Origin: Amoebidium appalachense
Taxonomy: Eukaryota; Protista; Ichthyosporea
Reading direction: 5' to 3'
Assembly: GCA_963693365.1 (NCBI GenBank)
Contig: CAVNZM010000011.1
Location: forward strand, 1,302,001 to 1,366,000
DNA length: 64,000 nucleotides
In this document: in pieces, positions 1 through 39,790 of the stretch
Layout: every line of letters starts with the position of its first letter
How positions within the stretch are numbered: position 1 is the first letter of the stretch
Notes under the pieces: model-generated
Databases searched by the model: none
What the model was told of the DNA's origin: nothing
The model's input: only the letters and a program-made list of their open reading frames with translations
Translations under genes and position numbers: made by a program

Positions 1-347
1 GTGCCTTCCTTCTCCACATGCCACAACCCTAGCAGTCACTTTTTCAATACAACACATAACATGGCTATTCCCATGAACCCACGGAGTGCAGCAAACTCAC
101 GTGTGCACATGTCCGCACTCATTTGCCCCACCCACTCACATATACACATATCACACATGAAGTCTCATACATGCAAATAGAAGCACACAGACACAAGACA
201 CAGACACACACACACACACACAGACAGACACACACACACAGACACGTGTGCACGTGCGCACACACACACACAAATACACACACACACACACACACACAGA
301 CACACAAACAAACACATACACACACACGGACACACGAAAACACACAC

Positions 348-14286
<13,939 letters not shown>

Positions 14287-16201
14287 ATTTGATTGAGGGG
14301 CACAGACGTGCCGGGCCTAGACGTTTGCAAAAAATATAAATTAGCAATGAAAAAAGATAGGCGAGGGGAAGAGTTTTCTTTTTTGTATGAATTTTATTAC
14401 TAATATTGTCATTTAATTTATTTATTTATTTATTTATTTATTTATTTTTTTTTTGGGGGGGGGGGGGGGAGGAAGGGGGGGAGGGGGGGGGGGGGGGGGG
14501 GATGTTGGGGGTTTTTTTTTTTGGGGGGGGGGGGGGGGGGGGAGGGGGGGAGGAGGGGGGAGGGGGGGCGGGGGGGGATGGCGAAGCAGTATATTGCTTG
14601 TAAAGCTGTAAGGGCAAAAATAACGGCCTGAGATGGAAGGAGCTGAAACAGCGGGGAGGGGGAAGGGGGAGGCGAAGGGGGGGGGGGGGGGGGGGGGGGA
14701 AGAAAAAGGGAAACCAGAGAGGGAAAGTGTGTAGGATGGGGTTAATTGGTGGGCCAGAGTGCTAATGCCAGAGGCAGTACCCAAAGGAGAGGCGTGTTGC
14801 AGGCCCAGTTATGTGTATAGGTTGTTGTTATGCCTGTGCGCCCTTGTGTGCGTGGGATCTGGCATGGCTTGTGTTTGTGATGTGTGTGTGCTTGTGTGTG
14901 TGCGCGTGTGTGCGCATGTGTCCGCGTGCGTGCGCGCATCTTCATGTGTACGGTGTGTGTGTGCGTGCGCGCTTGTGCATGCTGATGTGTACGCCCATGC
15001 CCGCGCAAAGAGGCGCATTTGTGCAAGTGTGTGACTGTGTGGGAGATCCACCTGCAGGTGCCTGTGCAAGTTTGCATGCCTGTGTAGTCGTATGCAGCCA
15101 AATATGGGACTATTACTAACTGTGTAGGACTTTTTGTAGGTGGAAATCGGTCTGTATCTTTTTTACACACACAAGTAGGTAGTTCATTCGAGCGAGATGT
15201 AAAAGAAGAGGTTATCGATGTGTATGCCTGTGAGCGTGCTTGAGTGAGTGTTCGTGTGTGTGTGTGTGTGTTGTATGCGTCTTGCTGTATGTCTGCGTTT
15301 TTGTGTATGTGCTTGCGCGGATGTTCGTGTGTCTGTGCATGAGTGCGTGTGGGCGTGTGTATGCTTTTGTGTGCGTGTATCCGTTTGTGTGGTGTGCATG
15401 CGGGTGCATGGGTGCGTGCACGTACGCATGTGCAGGCACTGCACCCTGTGGATGTGTATGTGTACAAACCTTTGTATGCTTATTAACACTAGGGCAAGGG
15501 TGCCTTAATTTCGGTGCACTAGTTCGCCGTCGATGGCAGTGTTGATGGGTAATCTGATTGAGGATGCAATGCTTACAGTAATATTTCGCTTACCGTAATT
15601 CCGTTAACCTTTCTCCCCCTCCGTCTCCTTCCTCGGTAAGCTCTACCCAACAACCCCTCTCTCCGTCCCCCTTCACCCCTTTATAAAAGAGATCTGGGAA
15701 AACCGAGCTCCAAAATAACAACCCCAAAACAAATTTTGATAGAGTAATCCCAACCACCTCAATACTCGGCGAGTAATAAGGCTGCCTGGAAAAAGCCTAC
15801 AATATGGCTCTTGGAGATACGCATTTTAGGTGGTGAAATCTATCCCATCTAAAATGAAGTAAAATATTTGTATTTATCATGATATATTTTAAACAGTTTG
15901 ACTAAAAAACGTTAAAGCAGGCCGCATATATAGTCATGCTCTTTATTGTTTGCTTTTTTTCGCGCTTTTGTGCCAGCTCAGAGCTGCCTTGAACTGCCCC
16001 TCATATGCAATGCAGACGGATGGTGATAGCCGCTAGTACCTGCTCATGCCGTCACCTTCAAGTTGAGCTAGGAGCTCGAAAAGAGGGTGTATTAATATTA
16101 GCGAGGGTACGTGCATGTGGTCATGTGGTGTGTGAACGTGTGTGAACATGTGCATATATGTATTTGTGCAAGTGTTGCAAGGAGTTACCCCCCCTCCCCG
16201 G

Positions 16202-16237
<36 letters not shown>

Positions 16238-16246
16238 GGGGGGGGT

Positions 16247-16294
<48 letters not shown>

Positions 16295-16379
16295 CCTCTG
16301 CAATTCGATTCTCCCGGGGGGGCGGGGGGAGAGGGGGGGGGGGGGGGGGGGGAGAGGGTCCTCTCTGCAATTCGATTCT

Positions 16380-16414
<35 letters not shown>

Positions 16415-17365
16415 GGGGGGGGGGCTGGGGCTGTATGCAGGTGCAGAAACGTCGTTTGTGCTCGAGGCCCGCGTGCAAGACTGACTTACATGATCATGAA
16501 GTTCAACTTTACGTTCACGTGCACAAAAATAAATTTATGTTAATTAATTATGGTAAGCTGCTGAAAGGCACTAATTCAGGAAGAAATGTGACCACAAAGA
16601 CTGCATGTACATGCACGATAATATATTATGTATGTAGCCACGGAGTGACTACTACTATCAGACTAAGTGCATGTCACACAGAGCTATGATACATGCACAC
16701 GGCACTCAGTCTTCACAACTGGCAAACATCACCACTATCTTTATGCGCCGCTCTGAACAACAAAGACAGAACCACGGGCTGATGCAAAATATAGCAAGAC
16801 AACAAAACACTACTGCATAGTTGCGCCTCCTAATATTTGCATCTGGCACATACGGGATCACCTTATAATAATTAGTACTTACAGACCGGCTCGTGGTCGC
16901 CTATAAGTTTGGCCTGCACGTAAGCGAACACATCTGTGCGATGTGTGATATATATATATGTTGGCCTGCCGCACATCCAGCTTGAGGTAAAACGACAGTT
17001 GTCCGCCATTATTATTGACAGACCGGTATTTATTAATGATAATAATGGAAAATGGAATTACATAATATTTATTCTATTTATGTACACTGTCAGGGTAGGC
17101 AGTCGATGCTCTATACATGTGCCTGCCTAGCTGCACCCAGTTTGTTAGCCAATAAAGAGCGCAACAAAACTGATAATACTCGCGTATCTAAAACTAACTG
17201 CAAGACTATTTACAATTTTATATCTTGATTATTCGATACCCAAAGAAGATGCCCTATCGGTGGGGACCATTAACCGAGCATGATGCCAGAGTCTCAGGCT
17301 CAGCAGCAACATATTAAAGCTAATCCTAGTGTATTGCAGCTATTTTGAGCCTACTACGGCTAATT

Positions 17366-23962
<6,597 letters not shown>

Positions 23963-26960
23963 CTGTTTATAATGTCAGAAAACGTGCACTGTTTCCTTAT
24001 AGCTGAAAATGACGCGGGTTGCAAATTTGCTGTCCCTTATGGGCCATGCATGTGCAATTGTCCTTGTCTAGAAAAATTGTTCTTTTGCGTGTGTGAGCGA
24101 GTTCATGGGCTACATGCGGTGTGTGTGTTTGTGTTTGGATCTAACTCTGTGTGTCTGTGTGTGCCTGCGTGCATTGTGCGCTTGACTTGGCGTGTGTGTG
24201 CACTGATGGTGCATGCAAGGGTGTGCTTTGTGCGAACCGTGTCTTCTGAGCTCAGGGGCATGTGTGTATGTGATCAGTGTTGGTGTGGGGGTTTGCGATT
24301 TTTTTGTACGTCACGGCATGCTTGCTACGTTACGTATGGAAGTACGTGACCGATTGTGTAGTTTATGTGTGTTTATGTGTACACAACGTTTTTCCCTCAG
24401 GCATGTGTGCTTCGTTGTCACTGTGGGGGGTGTGGGGATGTGGAGGTGTGAATGTTTAAGGTGAGACCCCAAGCCGTTTTATCTGGCTATGTCGTTGTTG
24501 CACATACGCCTGCATTTTTACATATCAGTGAGCGTATGTGTTGAACCGGCCACCTATGTAAGTGAGGGGAAGGTAGTGACCCAAGCAGAATGTCTTGTGT
24601 TTATTCTGGTAGCACTGTGTGCAGCTATCAGCCCTGACAACTGCACCACCAAAGATGGCCCATATCATCGTCATTGCACTATCATTAGCATGGTGGGAGC
24701 GTGCCCCGTACACGTACGCATGTGCTGCTATCTTAAATACGGCATGCAACGTGGCCGTTTCACCTTCGCGTTTTCTTTCGAAAACCCAACACTACCGCCA
24801 CTCTTGTGCACCCGGAATATGCCTGTTTACACATATGGTCCCGCCACACGTGCACCGGCCGACCCTCCATACTGAGGGTAAACAAGAACCCACCTTTTTC
24901 GACCCCGTTGGATGCACCGTTGAGGGCAGCGTTTTCCCTGTCACCCGCCATGTTTTCGCACGAAAAAATCCGCCGTACGTCATAGCGGGGCTGCGTGCAA
25001 GCTTGGACCGTGCGCGGACCTTGCTGGAAAACCCACTAGCGCGGTGCTGATGGAATAAAAATAAACCTCTTGTGATTGGTAGACCTAAAAGTTGTTGCAC
25101 CAACCAAATAGGCCGACCGTACACAATACAACTTCCCTGAGCCGCGGCTCAGTCGCCAGCAGCGGGCACCTGGCAGCGGGCCGGGCAGGGCCGGCCAACA
25201 CAGTGGCACCGGCCAGCTGCCCGGCCTCCGAAACGGAATCTGGATCCCTACTCCGTCGTCGAAATGCGCAACCACTTTCTTCAATACCCTTAATGTTACT
25301 GTGGCGTTTGGCGCCAAGGCAGGTGGGGCATGGCCGTTGTTGAGGCCACCCATAACTATGTAGGTGTCTCCATCATCACCTTGTTTTTATTATCTTCGGT
25401 GTTTTTATGGCCCCAACAGGTTTTCGTGCTTATGTGTTTAGGCCCTCAGGCTGGATCCTCCGAAGGGGAGGGGTTGGGGGCTAGGGGAGGGGAGGGGGCG
25501 TGGGGGAGGAGGGGGCTGGCGTTTGGGGGGGGGGGGGGGGGAGAGGGGGGGGGGGGGGAGAGAGGGGGAGTGGGTGGGTGAGTTGGGGGGGGGAGGGGGG
25601 GGGAGGAGGAGGGGGGGAGGGGGGGGAGGGGAGGGGGGAGGGGAGGGAGGGCGGGGGGGGGGGGGGGGGGGGGGGGGGGGGCTCGAGTCCTGAGCCTCAC
25701 TGATCATGAGCATCGAAGCTCCTGACTTCCTGATCCCGCCGTAACCGCCGGCACCTGAGCTCGAGTTGGTACACCAGAGTCCTGAGCAGAAAAACATACC
25801 CCTAATTCAGTCGAGCGTAGTAGACGATGTCATGATACATGTACCTCGAACCTCATGATCAGTATCAGTACATGGGCTACTAATTGATCAAGTGACTGAT
25901 TGCTACTGATAATTAGGGCTACAATAAAAATGATTTATTTCCCAGTAAAAAGATGACTCTCTGACTACCGGAAAAGTATACGACTCACGCCTAGGCCTAT
26001 ATAGGTCTAGAAATTAAGGCAAAGTCTTCGGAGTAAAATTTAGAAGAGAAGAAAAAAAATTAGAGGAAGATATGAATGCATGCTATATCTATAAAGAAAA
26101 GAAAGAAGGAAGGACAGAGACATGTCAGATCATGCTGTACTATGTAGTCTCTTGTAGATGATACAGAGTAGAGGTACATCCGGTTCGATCTCAAGTGTTT
26201 TGCAGCTGCTAGCTCGAATGCCCTAATCAATTACTCTGAGGTCTCTCGAAAGGGCCTTAAAAAGATACATAGCATCCAGAAGTATAAAAATATATGGTGC
26301 ATGGGGTAGCACATGGCAATTTTATTAGCCTATCCTCCTTCAATGCTCGGTGTCTGTCTCTTGCCTGTTATCGATCTTAACAGATAAAAGCTACCACCGG
26401 TACCCAACTTCATTTTTGCAAGTGTGCCATCTGACATAGGTCAGATGGGCTCGGCTGCAACTGGTCGAGAGCTGGGGTTTCCCTTCTTTTTTTTTATTTC
26501 ACACGTTTTGATCCAGGGAGTAGCCCCACATGAACTATGTACGTATAACGTCTCCCAATAAGTAACGAGTGAAATCTAAGAGGCCCTCCATATTAGGGTG
26601 CTACACATGATATCACCACGAAAGTTGCATGACCTGAATGCATGCTGAGTTTCCCTTTGCACGTATCACATTAGTTCGTGATGGCTCTACCCCCCCCCCC
26701 CCCCCCTTTTTTTTTTCTTTTCTTTTCTTTCTTATTTTTTGTGTGGGTGTGGGGGGGGGGAAGGGGGGGGGGGGGGGGGGGGGGGGGAGAGGGGGAGGGG
26801 CCCGGGGAAAGGGGGAGGGGGGAAGGGGGTTGTTGGGACCGCATATTGGTTATATCGAAAAGGCAATTAGGAGACCTTGGCCGATCCACTACGATCGACT
26901 TTATCATAATGGTTTGAAAGCTTGCCTCCCAGCGCGAGCATCGTAGATGTGTGTGTGTGT

Positions 26961-27004
<44 letters not shown>

Positions 27005-27235
27005 GGACCGGCAAGCAAGGCGCTAATGCATTTTCTTTCTTACACTTAGGAAGGCCAGGGTAAGGGGGGAGGGGGAGGAGGGAAGTGCACGCTGTCTCAC
27101 AAGAAAGACTGAATCATGTCTGATTTATAGATAGGGTTTTGTGTCATATCAGTACATACACTGTCTCACGTAGAACCAGTACCAACTTGAAGACAGCGGG
27201 GTGGGATCACAGCGCTGGCGTCTTCAAACGAAGAG

Positions 27236-28320
<1,085 letters not shown>

Positions 28321-28560
28321 AGACAAATGACACAACCATCAGCCCCACCTCCCCCTAGGCCCTCCCATTACGACCACCAGACACACGCGTGCACACACGC
28401 ACACGCACATTGTACACAAACACACATGTACGTGCGCACGTGCAGTCATGTACGTGCAGGAAGGTGGACGCATGCTACCGCTGCCATCAGATGACGATGA
28501 GCTAAAAAAAGTACATACATACACAGCCTAACACAGCCTACACAGGAATGTTAGAATGCA

Positions 28561-28675
28561 AAATGATTGGTCGTAACAAAATCAATAGATCGTCTCAGCC
28601 AATCGTAACCGACAGCCTGGCTTGATTGGATGCTGAGGAATGTAGCCCACTCTCACTGGTCAACCCGCCCGCCTG
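28561..28675 (+). promoter_or_regulatory. Possible proximal promoter of paralog B (three CCAAT boxes and a GC box)
   Basis: TGATTGG 28563, AGCCAATC 28597, TGATTGG 28623 and CCCGCCC 28664, about 450 bp upstream of the predicted ATG. Motif-only evidence. Confidence 0.35.
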
Positions 28676-29098
28676 CCAGCTTCATGGAGTTCATATCAGC
28701 AGCACTCGGGGCCCACCTAGCCTCCACTTTGCATCTAGGTCAAAGATGGTACAACACCTTCCGTACTTGTGAAAATTTTGTGACAAATTTCTCTAGGTGA
28801 AGACATCTGTCTCTATCTATTAGGGCATAGTTTCTACGCCAGACCAGTAGTACAGTAGGCTCGAGAGCAGCGAGTTGCTGGGTACCGACGTGGCTGTTTC
28901 TACAAGACGTTCGATTTTGCACTCTCCGACACACTTGCACATTGAATAAAGGCCTTGACTATAAAACCCTCTGGTTGTCTTACCCAACAGAGATAGTGGG
29001 TCATTACTCAATCGAACTCAGCCCGCACAGTTAATTTTTTTGAGAAGCCCTTGCAAAGACGAGCAATACGGAGACCAACAACGCAGCGACCATCCATC

Positions 29099-33948
<4,850 letters not shown>

Positions 33949-34261
33949 GTGTTATTTTAGCTTGCAAGCGCGCTGATACGGTTTGTCCTTTTTTGTCCCC
34001 TTTTCCCCTCTCGTTTGTATTCCTTAAAAAGGGATTTTTAAATGTAACTGCGTTTTACACCTAGTCACTGTTGTTGGTCACTTATAATGCAACTTCTTTA
34101 TTGTTTGACGAGGGTAGGCCTAAGAGAGGAGATGTTGTCGTATGCCTTGATCAAGACTCACCCGCTATTTTTGCTGTCGTTTGCTTGCGGCCACCGGGAC
34201 CCTGTTTCTTTACTTTTTTTTTTTTTTTTAGCAAGAAATACCCTCTAGATGAATGATGATC

Positions 34262-34570
34262 TAGTCGGATTTGCTATGTAAATATGTTGTTGAAGAGATA
34301 CCGGGGCATACTACTCTGCCTAATGAGCAATGCGAAGTACGACACCACAGTTTTTGCTGCATACAAGTTAAATCCTCGATAATCTGATACTCTTGATGCC
34401 ATACCAACTGTAGTATACATTCTTTCAAGACAGGAAGTCTTGGAATAATAAAAAGGTATTCTTTATGTGTCATCTATGAGCGTTCACTCGATGCTATTTC
34501 GCACTATGCTCCAAATGAAATAGTGGTCAAAAATGGGAAGGTTCACGAGATGGTTTTGCACACTGTTCAT
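34262..34570 (+). mobile_element. Possible highly degenerate hAT-like transposase fragment
   Basis: Stop-interrupted translation SRICYVNMLLKRY...VYILSRQEVLE and GKVHEM loosely resembles hAT TRF..ML.R...MGKVYE.M spacing. Weak. Confidence 0.25.
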
Positions 34571-35061
34571 TTGGTTGAATGTTGGGCCTAGATGTCACCT
34601 TTTTATTTTTTGGAAAAGGATAAAAAAAAGTAGGGATTTGCCCTTTATATCTCCATGCGGCGGACGTAACCAAGTTCTTAAAGTAGTGCATTGCCAACGG
34701 TGGCTTGTGGCAGTCAATCGAAAGGCTGTATCACGGGTCAAGTGAAAGGTTGGGGAACATTCAGGAGAGGGAGGGGGAAACAGTAGCAAACCATCCGATA
34801 GAGCAAAGGGAGCTAGACAGCGAAAGCGTGGGAAGAAACGAAGCTGAGGGGCGCAGCACAGAAAGAAAAAGGGATTAAACTTTTCGCTTGAGCGGCTTTT
34901 TAGAAGTTTTTTCTCTCTTTTTTTTTCCCTCTTTTTCTTCTCCATCTTCCCCTCTCTCTCTCTCTCCCCCCCCCCCCCCCCCCCTCCCTCTCCGCACACA
35001 CACACACACAAACGCACGTGCACATGTGCGCACATACACACACAGGCACACAGGCACACAG

Positions 35062-35097
<36 letters not shown>

Positions 35098-35102
35098 GCG
35101 CG

Positions 35103-35154
<52 letters not shown>

Positions 35155-35629
35155 AAAAAAAAATGAAGCCTGCCCTTGATCTAAGCAAATGTCCTTTGCC
35201 CCGTATCACGTGCACATTAATCCTTTTCAACATAAATTGATTGGCTGCATCTTTTTTTGGTAACCCGGTTACCCTTACTTGCATGTTGGGCCACTTTAAA
35301 AGACTCGTTCCCACTACAGATCATCATAACCAAAATCTTTTAACAAAGGGACTGTCAGTGGCAGTACAAACTGATAGCTGCATAAATATCCTCAGAGCAT
35401 GTTACTATACCGCCTTTCAGGTTTGTTTACGGTAACCCGTTCTTTCCTCCCCCCCCCCCCCCCCCCCCCCCCCCCCCGTCTTATTGATCTCCTACCTATC
35501 CCCTCCATTTCGTTCACACTAAGGGTGTGGGCCCGGATGACATTGTACTTGCGCAGGATATTCCATGCGGATACACATTTGCCGCCTATGGGCCAATCAC
35601 TCGCCGGATCGAGCAAAACGGTTACCCCG

Positions 35630-35693
<64 letters not shown>

Positions 35694-36419
35694 AGGGGGG
35701 GGAGGGGGGAAGGTTAGGGGCGACGAACCAAAGCTGGGCACCTACTATTCATACCATTTTGGGAGAGGAGTTGTCGGGAGGAAAAGAGTTGGGGCAAACA
35801 ATGTACAAAACACGGGCGAAGAACAAAGAGGAAACACGACCAAGCACAATGTGTGTTCGACTTAGTGTCTGCAAAGAGCATGTGCACTCTTCCTGCAGTC
35901 TTTTTTTTGTGTGGTTGGGGCAGGAGCCAGCCCACCAGCCATTCCCACCTCTCTAAAATACTTGTACTACTGGCCCATATGTTTGGCCGTATATGAACAC
36001 TGCTGGGGGTGGCTTGCAAGCTACCGCCTATGTATACCCAATGGCACGGAAGATAACACTACTCTCCTTGTCAGTCCAAGCCAATCGGAACAAGGTGTCT
36101 GCTACCTAGTATTTACCGTCTGGTTCGAATAACTGGCCTAGTACGCCAGAAAATATTGTTCGAGTCACCCCATTCCCACTGCCCGAACCACATGTATGTA
36201 CAGAAAGCTCGGTGTAATTCAATTCACTTTCAAGTTAATATGCTACCTGCTCGGACTCATTGTAGTTACAAGTACACCAATCAACGGCAGCACAGCACAA
36301 CAACATCCTCACAAACACTAAACATGCGACACTGTTAACTGTCCGGCACTACTAAATGAGTGGGAATGGAAAATATCATCTCCAGAACCGATAATTCCAT
36401 ACATAGAAACCAGATTAGG

Positions 36420-39414
36420 CTAGTACCTCGAATGACCCATACCGGCATGGGGTGCCCCTGCGGCAATCATGGCGGCACGTGCATGGTGGTGGGGGTGCAT
36501 GTGAGGATCCTGCATGGGGCCCAGCAGGAAGTGTGGCTGTGCCAGTGCCAGCGTGTGCATGTCCAAGTGCGCAGGTATGGGCAGCCACACCGCATGCAGT
36601 AAAGGCCGGGGTGGAGGTGGCGGTGTGCGTTCGCGTATGGGTGCGGGCTCGAGGAAGTAGGCACGTGCCCGGCCCATGTTGCTTACGTGGCCTCCGTTTA
36701 CATCGATGAATGCACTTGCGGCAGACTCCCGGTAAGCAAAGTGCACCATCACAGCACCATTGCCTACTGGGTCGAACCGCTCGAGTTTTCCGTAACGCAA
36801 CAGCTCACGTTTCCACCGTTTGAATGCTCGATCGCCGGTTGGGAAGTGCACCACAAGCAATGTCTTGGTCATGTGCTTGGACCGTTGCATTCCAGGAACA
36901 TCAAGGACAGGAAGGGGTGGTGCCGAGTCGATGGTTTTCTCGTTTGTTTCTCGGGTTTCTGTCCGCCTTTGTGCAGGTGACGGCTGCACCGAGGCAGGAC
37001 GGGCGGAAATGATGACATGGGGGAGGGAATCTATCGATAGGTCACTGTCTGTTGTAATGTCTTCCCACCCAAAGTTATCGTCCGAGTGGCTTGTCGTACT
37101 GCTAGCCGAGGTGGGAGTGGAAGCGTTCACCAACACAGACCTGTCAGCTTCCCACCCATCATCTTCCCCCGGTGTCAGCGATGCCCACGATGGACTCGTT
37201 GGTTGCCCATCGTGGCCGGGTGCTGACAGTTGGCGGTTGTAGCCGTGCCCGTTGGCTCCGTTGTGGTACCCGTTGACTCCGTTTGTGTTGTGGGCGCCAA
37301 AAGGTTTCTGTTGGTGGCCGTTATAGACCGCAGCCGCATGCGATGGTGGGGCAGTATGCGGCCTGATCCTCCCCCGGATGTTTGTTTTGTGCTTGTGGGG
37401 TGTCTGAACGGCCGAATCCGATAGCACCCGGTGAACGGACAGGTCGTAATCGTTGACTTGGTGCACGTGTGGCTGTGTGTTGCGCCGGTGGCGCCTTCGC
37501 TCGACCTGCTGCCATGCGGGTGACGGCTCCCGCATTGGTAATGGTAGTTCCGTGGATGTAGACGGAGTTGGTGGTGTGTGTGTTGTTGTGGGTGTGGGCA
37601 ACGCAACGGTTGGCTTGAGGGGTGTAGTGATTGGCGTGGGTGGGCGGGATGGCTCCGCGCTTGCTTCAATCCGTACGGCACTGTACACCGGGGTATTCGA
37701 GTTGGAGAGAGATGGTTTGTGGGTGGTTTTGGGTGCCTGTGCGATATCCAACAGTGTGCCCCAGCAGTCCGGTGTTGGGCACGGTTTGCCTCGTGTGTGG
37801 TGCGCATGGGGGTGGGGCAACATGGCTGACCCAAAGCAGCCTCGGTGGTATGCCAGGCGGCAAAGTGCCGTACACTCAACACGCACCGTTGTGCCGTCGT
37901 TGCTTAGGGGTCTGTTGCACAGCATACACCCCGGGGTTTGGGGTGGGGTGACGATGAATCCGGGTTTAGTTTCGTTGTTTTCGGGTGTTCCGCTGAATGA
38001 AGAGTGGGGGGGCGGGTTTATTGTGTTGCGCGTTGGTGTGTCTGTGCTGTTGCTCCGAGGTGCCTTCTTCTCATGCAACGTTTTCGAGGAATGGCTGGGG
38101 TCGCTATTACATTGCTTTGCTCCACTGGGTGTTGTGCCCGGGCCAGAGGTGGACGACGAGCCCTTGTGGTGTCTCCCTACATGGCAGAACTCGGTCACCA
38201 AACTAGGTGACTCTGCCCGTTGTGGAGAGTCCGTTGGGTGTGTCCTCTCAACCTGGTGATCGCCACTAGTAGGTGCTTCGTGCGCCAATTCATCCTGTGT
38301 GACTGCTTCCAGAAAGGAAGCCTGTTTTGGCAAATCGGGCAGAGGGCTAGTGGGCCGACAACCAACACCGTTGGTGCCAGCGTATGGTTGGCCGTTGGGG
38401 CTACCGTGCCATCTGTTGTTTTTCGGCGGGACGGGTGGCTGGGGTACCCGTGGTACCGGTGGGCGCGACTTAACATTGGTGGCCGGTGGGGTTGATGTGT
38501 GTGCACCGGGTGATTGCTGTTGGGGTATGACCATGTGAGATTGGATCCCGTTGCTTGGGCGCACAGGCTTGATTGGGCTGTAAGACTGCGGCATATCTCT
38601 GCTACTCAGATCTCCCTTTGCAGGAAATGTCTCGCTGGTGGCAGGAGTTGCCGTAACAACCTGCTCAGATAAACAACAGAAGGAAGAATCAGTAAAAGTA
38701 CTAGGCATGGCATACAGACCTCCCCCCCCCCCACAAACACACACGAACACCCACACGCACGCGCGCGGCGCGCGCACACACACACATGCATGCGCGCATA
38801 GAGAGGAAACAACAATTGTGCCCAAGCCTTGGGTTTTCTTTTGTCCAACTGCCTTCATCATCCTTTAACCTGGAGCATGATGTTGAGATATTGAGCACTG
38901 GCAAAACACTTGTTCAACACAACCGAAACTTGGTTCCACCAAGCCCATCGTCACTAAAAGGGAGACGAGAAAATCTCACCTCGGTGAAGCTAGGTTTTCG
39001 TTGCTCTGTAGCTCTTTTCGACTTCACAGGCCGATTAGAAGGTCCGTTCTGGTGCACAAGAGGATTTGCTGTGTCAGGCAGCACATTGTCCCTGTTTGGA
39101 GCTGCTGCTTCTGTTGTTGTCAGACTCCCTGTTGTCACTGGTGGCGGCAATGACTCGGGGTATGAAGGTGTAGAGGGGGATGAAGAGGTTGTGTGGACTG
39201 CAGGACTTGACGGTGCAACAGAGAATGTCATTGGGATATTCTGCTGAGGCATAGGGAGTCAGATAATTTGCCCTATCTTATGATGCTGCTTTGTCATTTA
39301 ATTACCGAAGAAAATATCCACACTCCCGAAAATTGTTCATAAGCACGTCGTACAAATTACCGAGTAGTCACTCCATAACACACACAGCACGAATTGGGAT
39401 CCCCCCCCCCCCCC

Positions 39415-39457
<43 letters not shown>

Positions 39458-39729
39458 AAATTAACCACTCTCCTTCTTACCCCCTCCCAAACACATGTGC
39501 ACAGAGGAAGAAAGAAATTAAAGGAAGATTGCACATCGAATGACTGCATCAAGTGTACAATAATACCGAGTGAAAAAACATGCAATCTTTTGAAATAAGC
39601 CCATTTTGGGCAGAGGGGCGTGGAGAAGCGGGGAGGGGGGGGATGGGGGGGGGGGGGGGGGGGAGGGTTGGAGGGGCCCCCGGAGGAGGCGGGGCTGGGG
39701 GGCTGGGGGGGGGGGGGGGGGGGGGAAGA

Positions 39730-39790
<61 letters not shown>

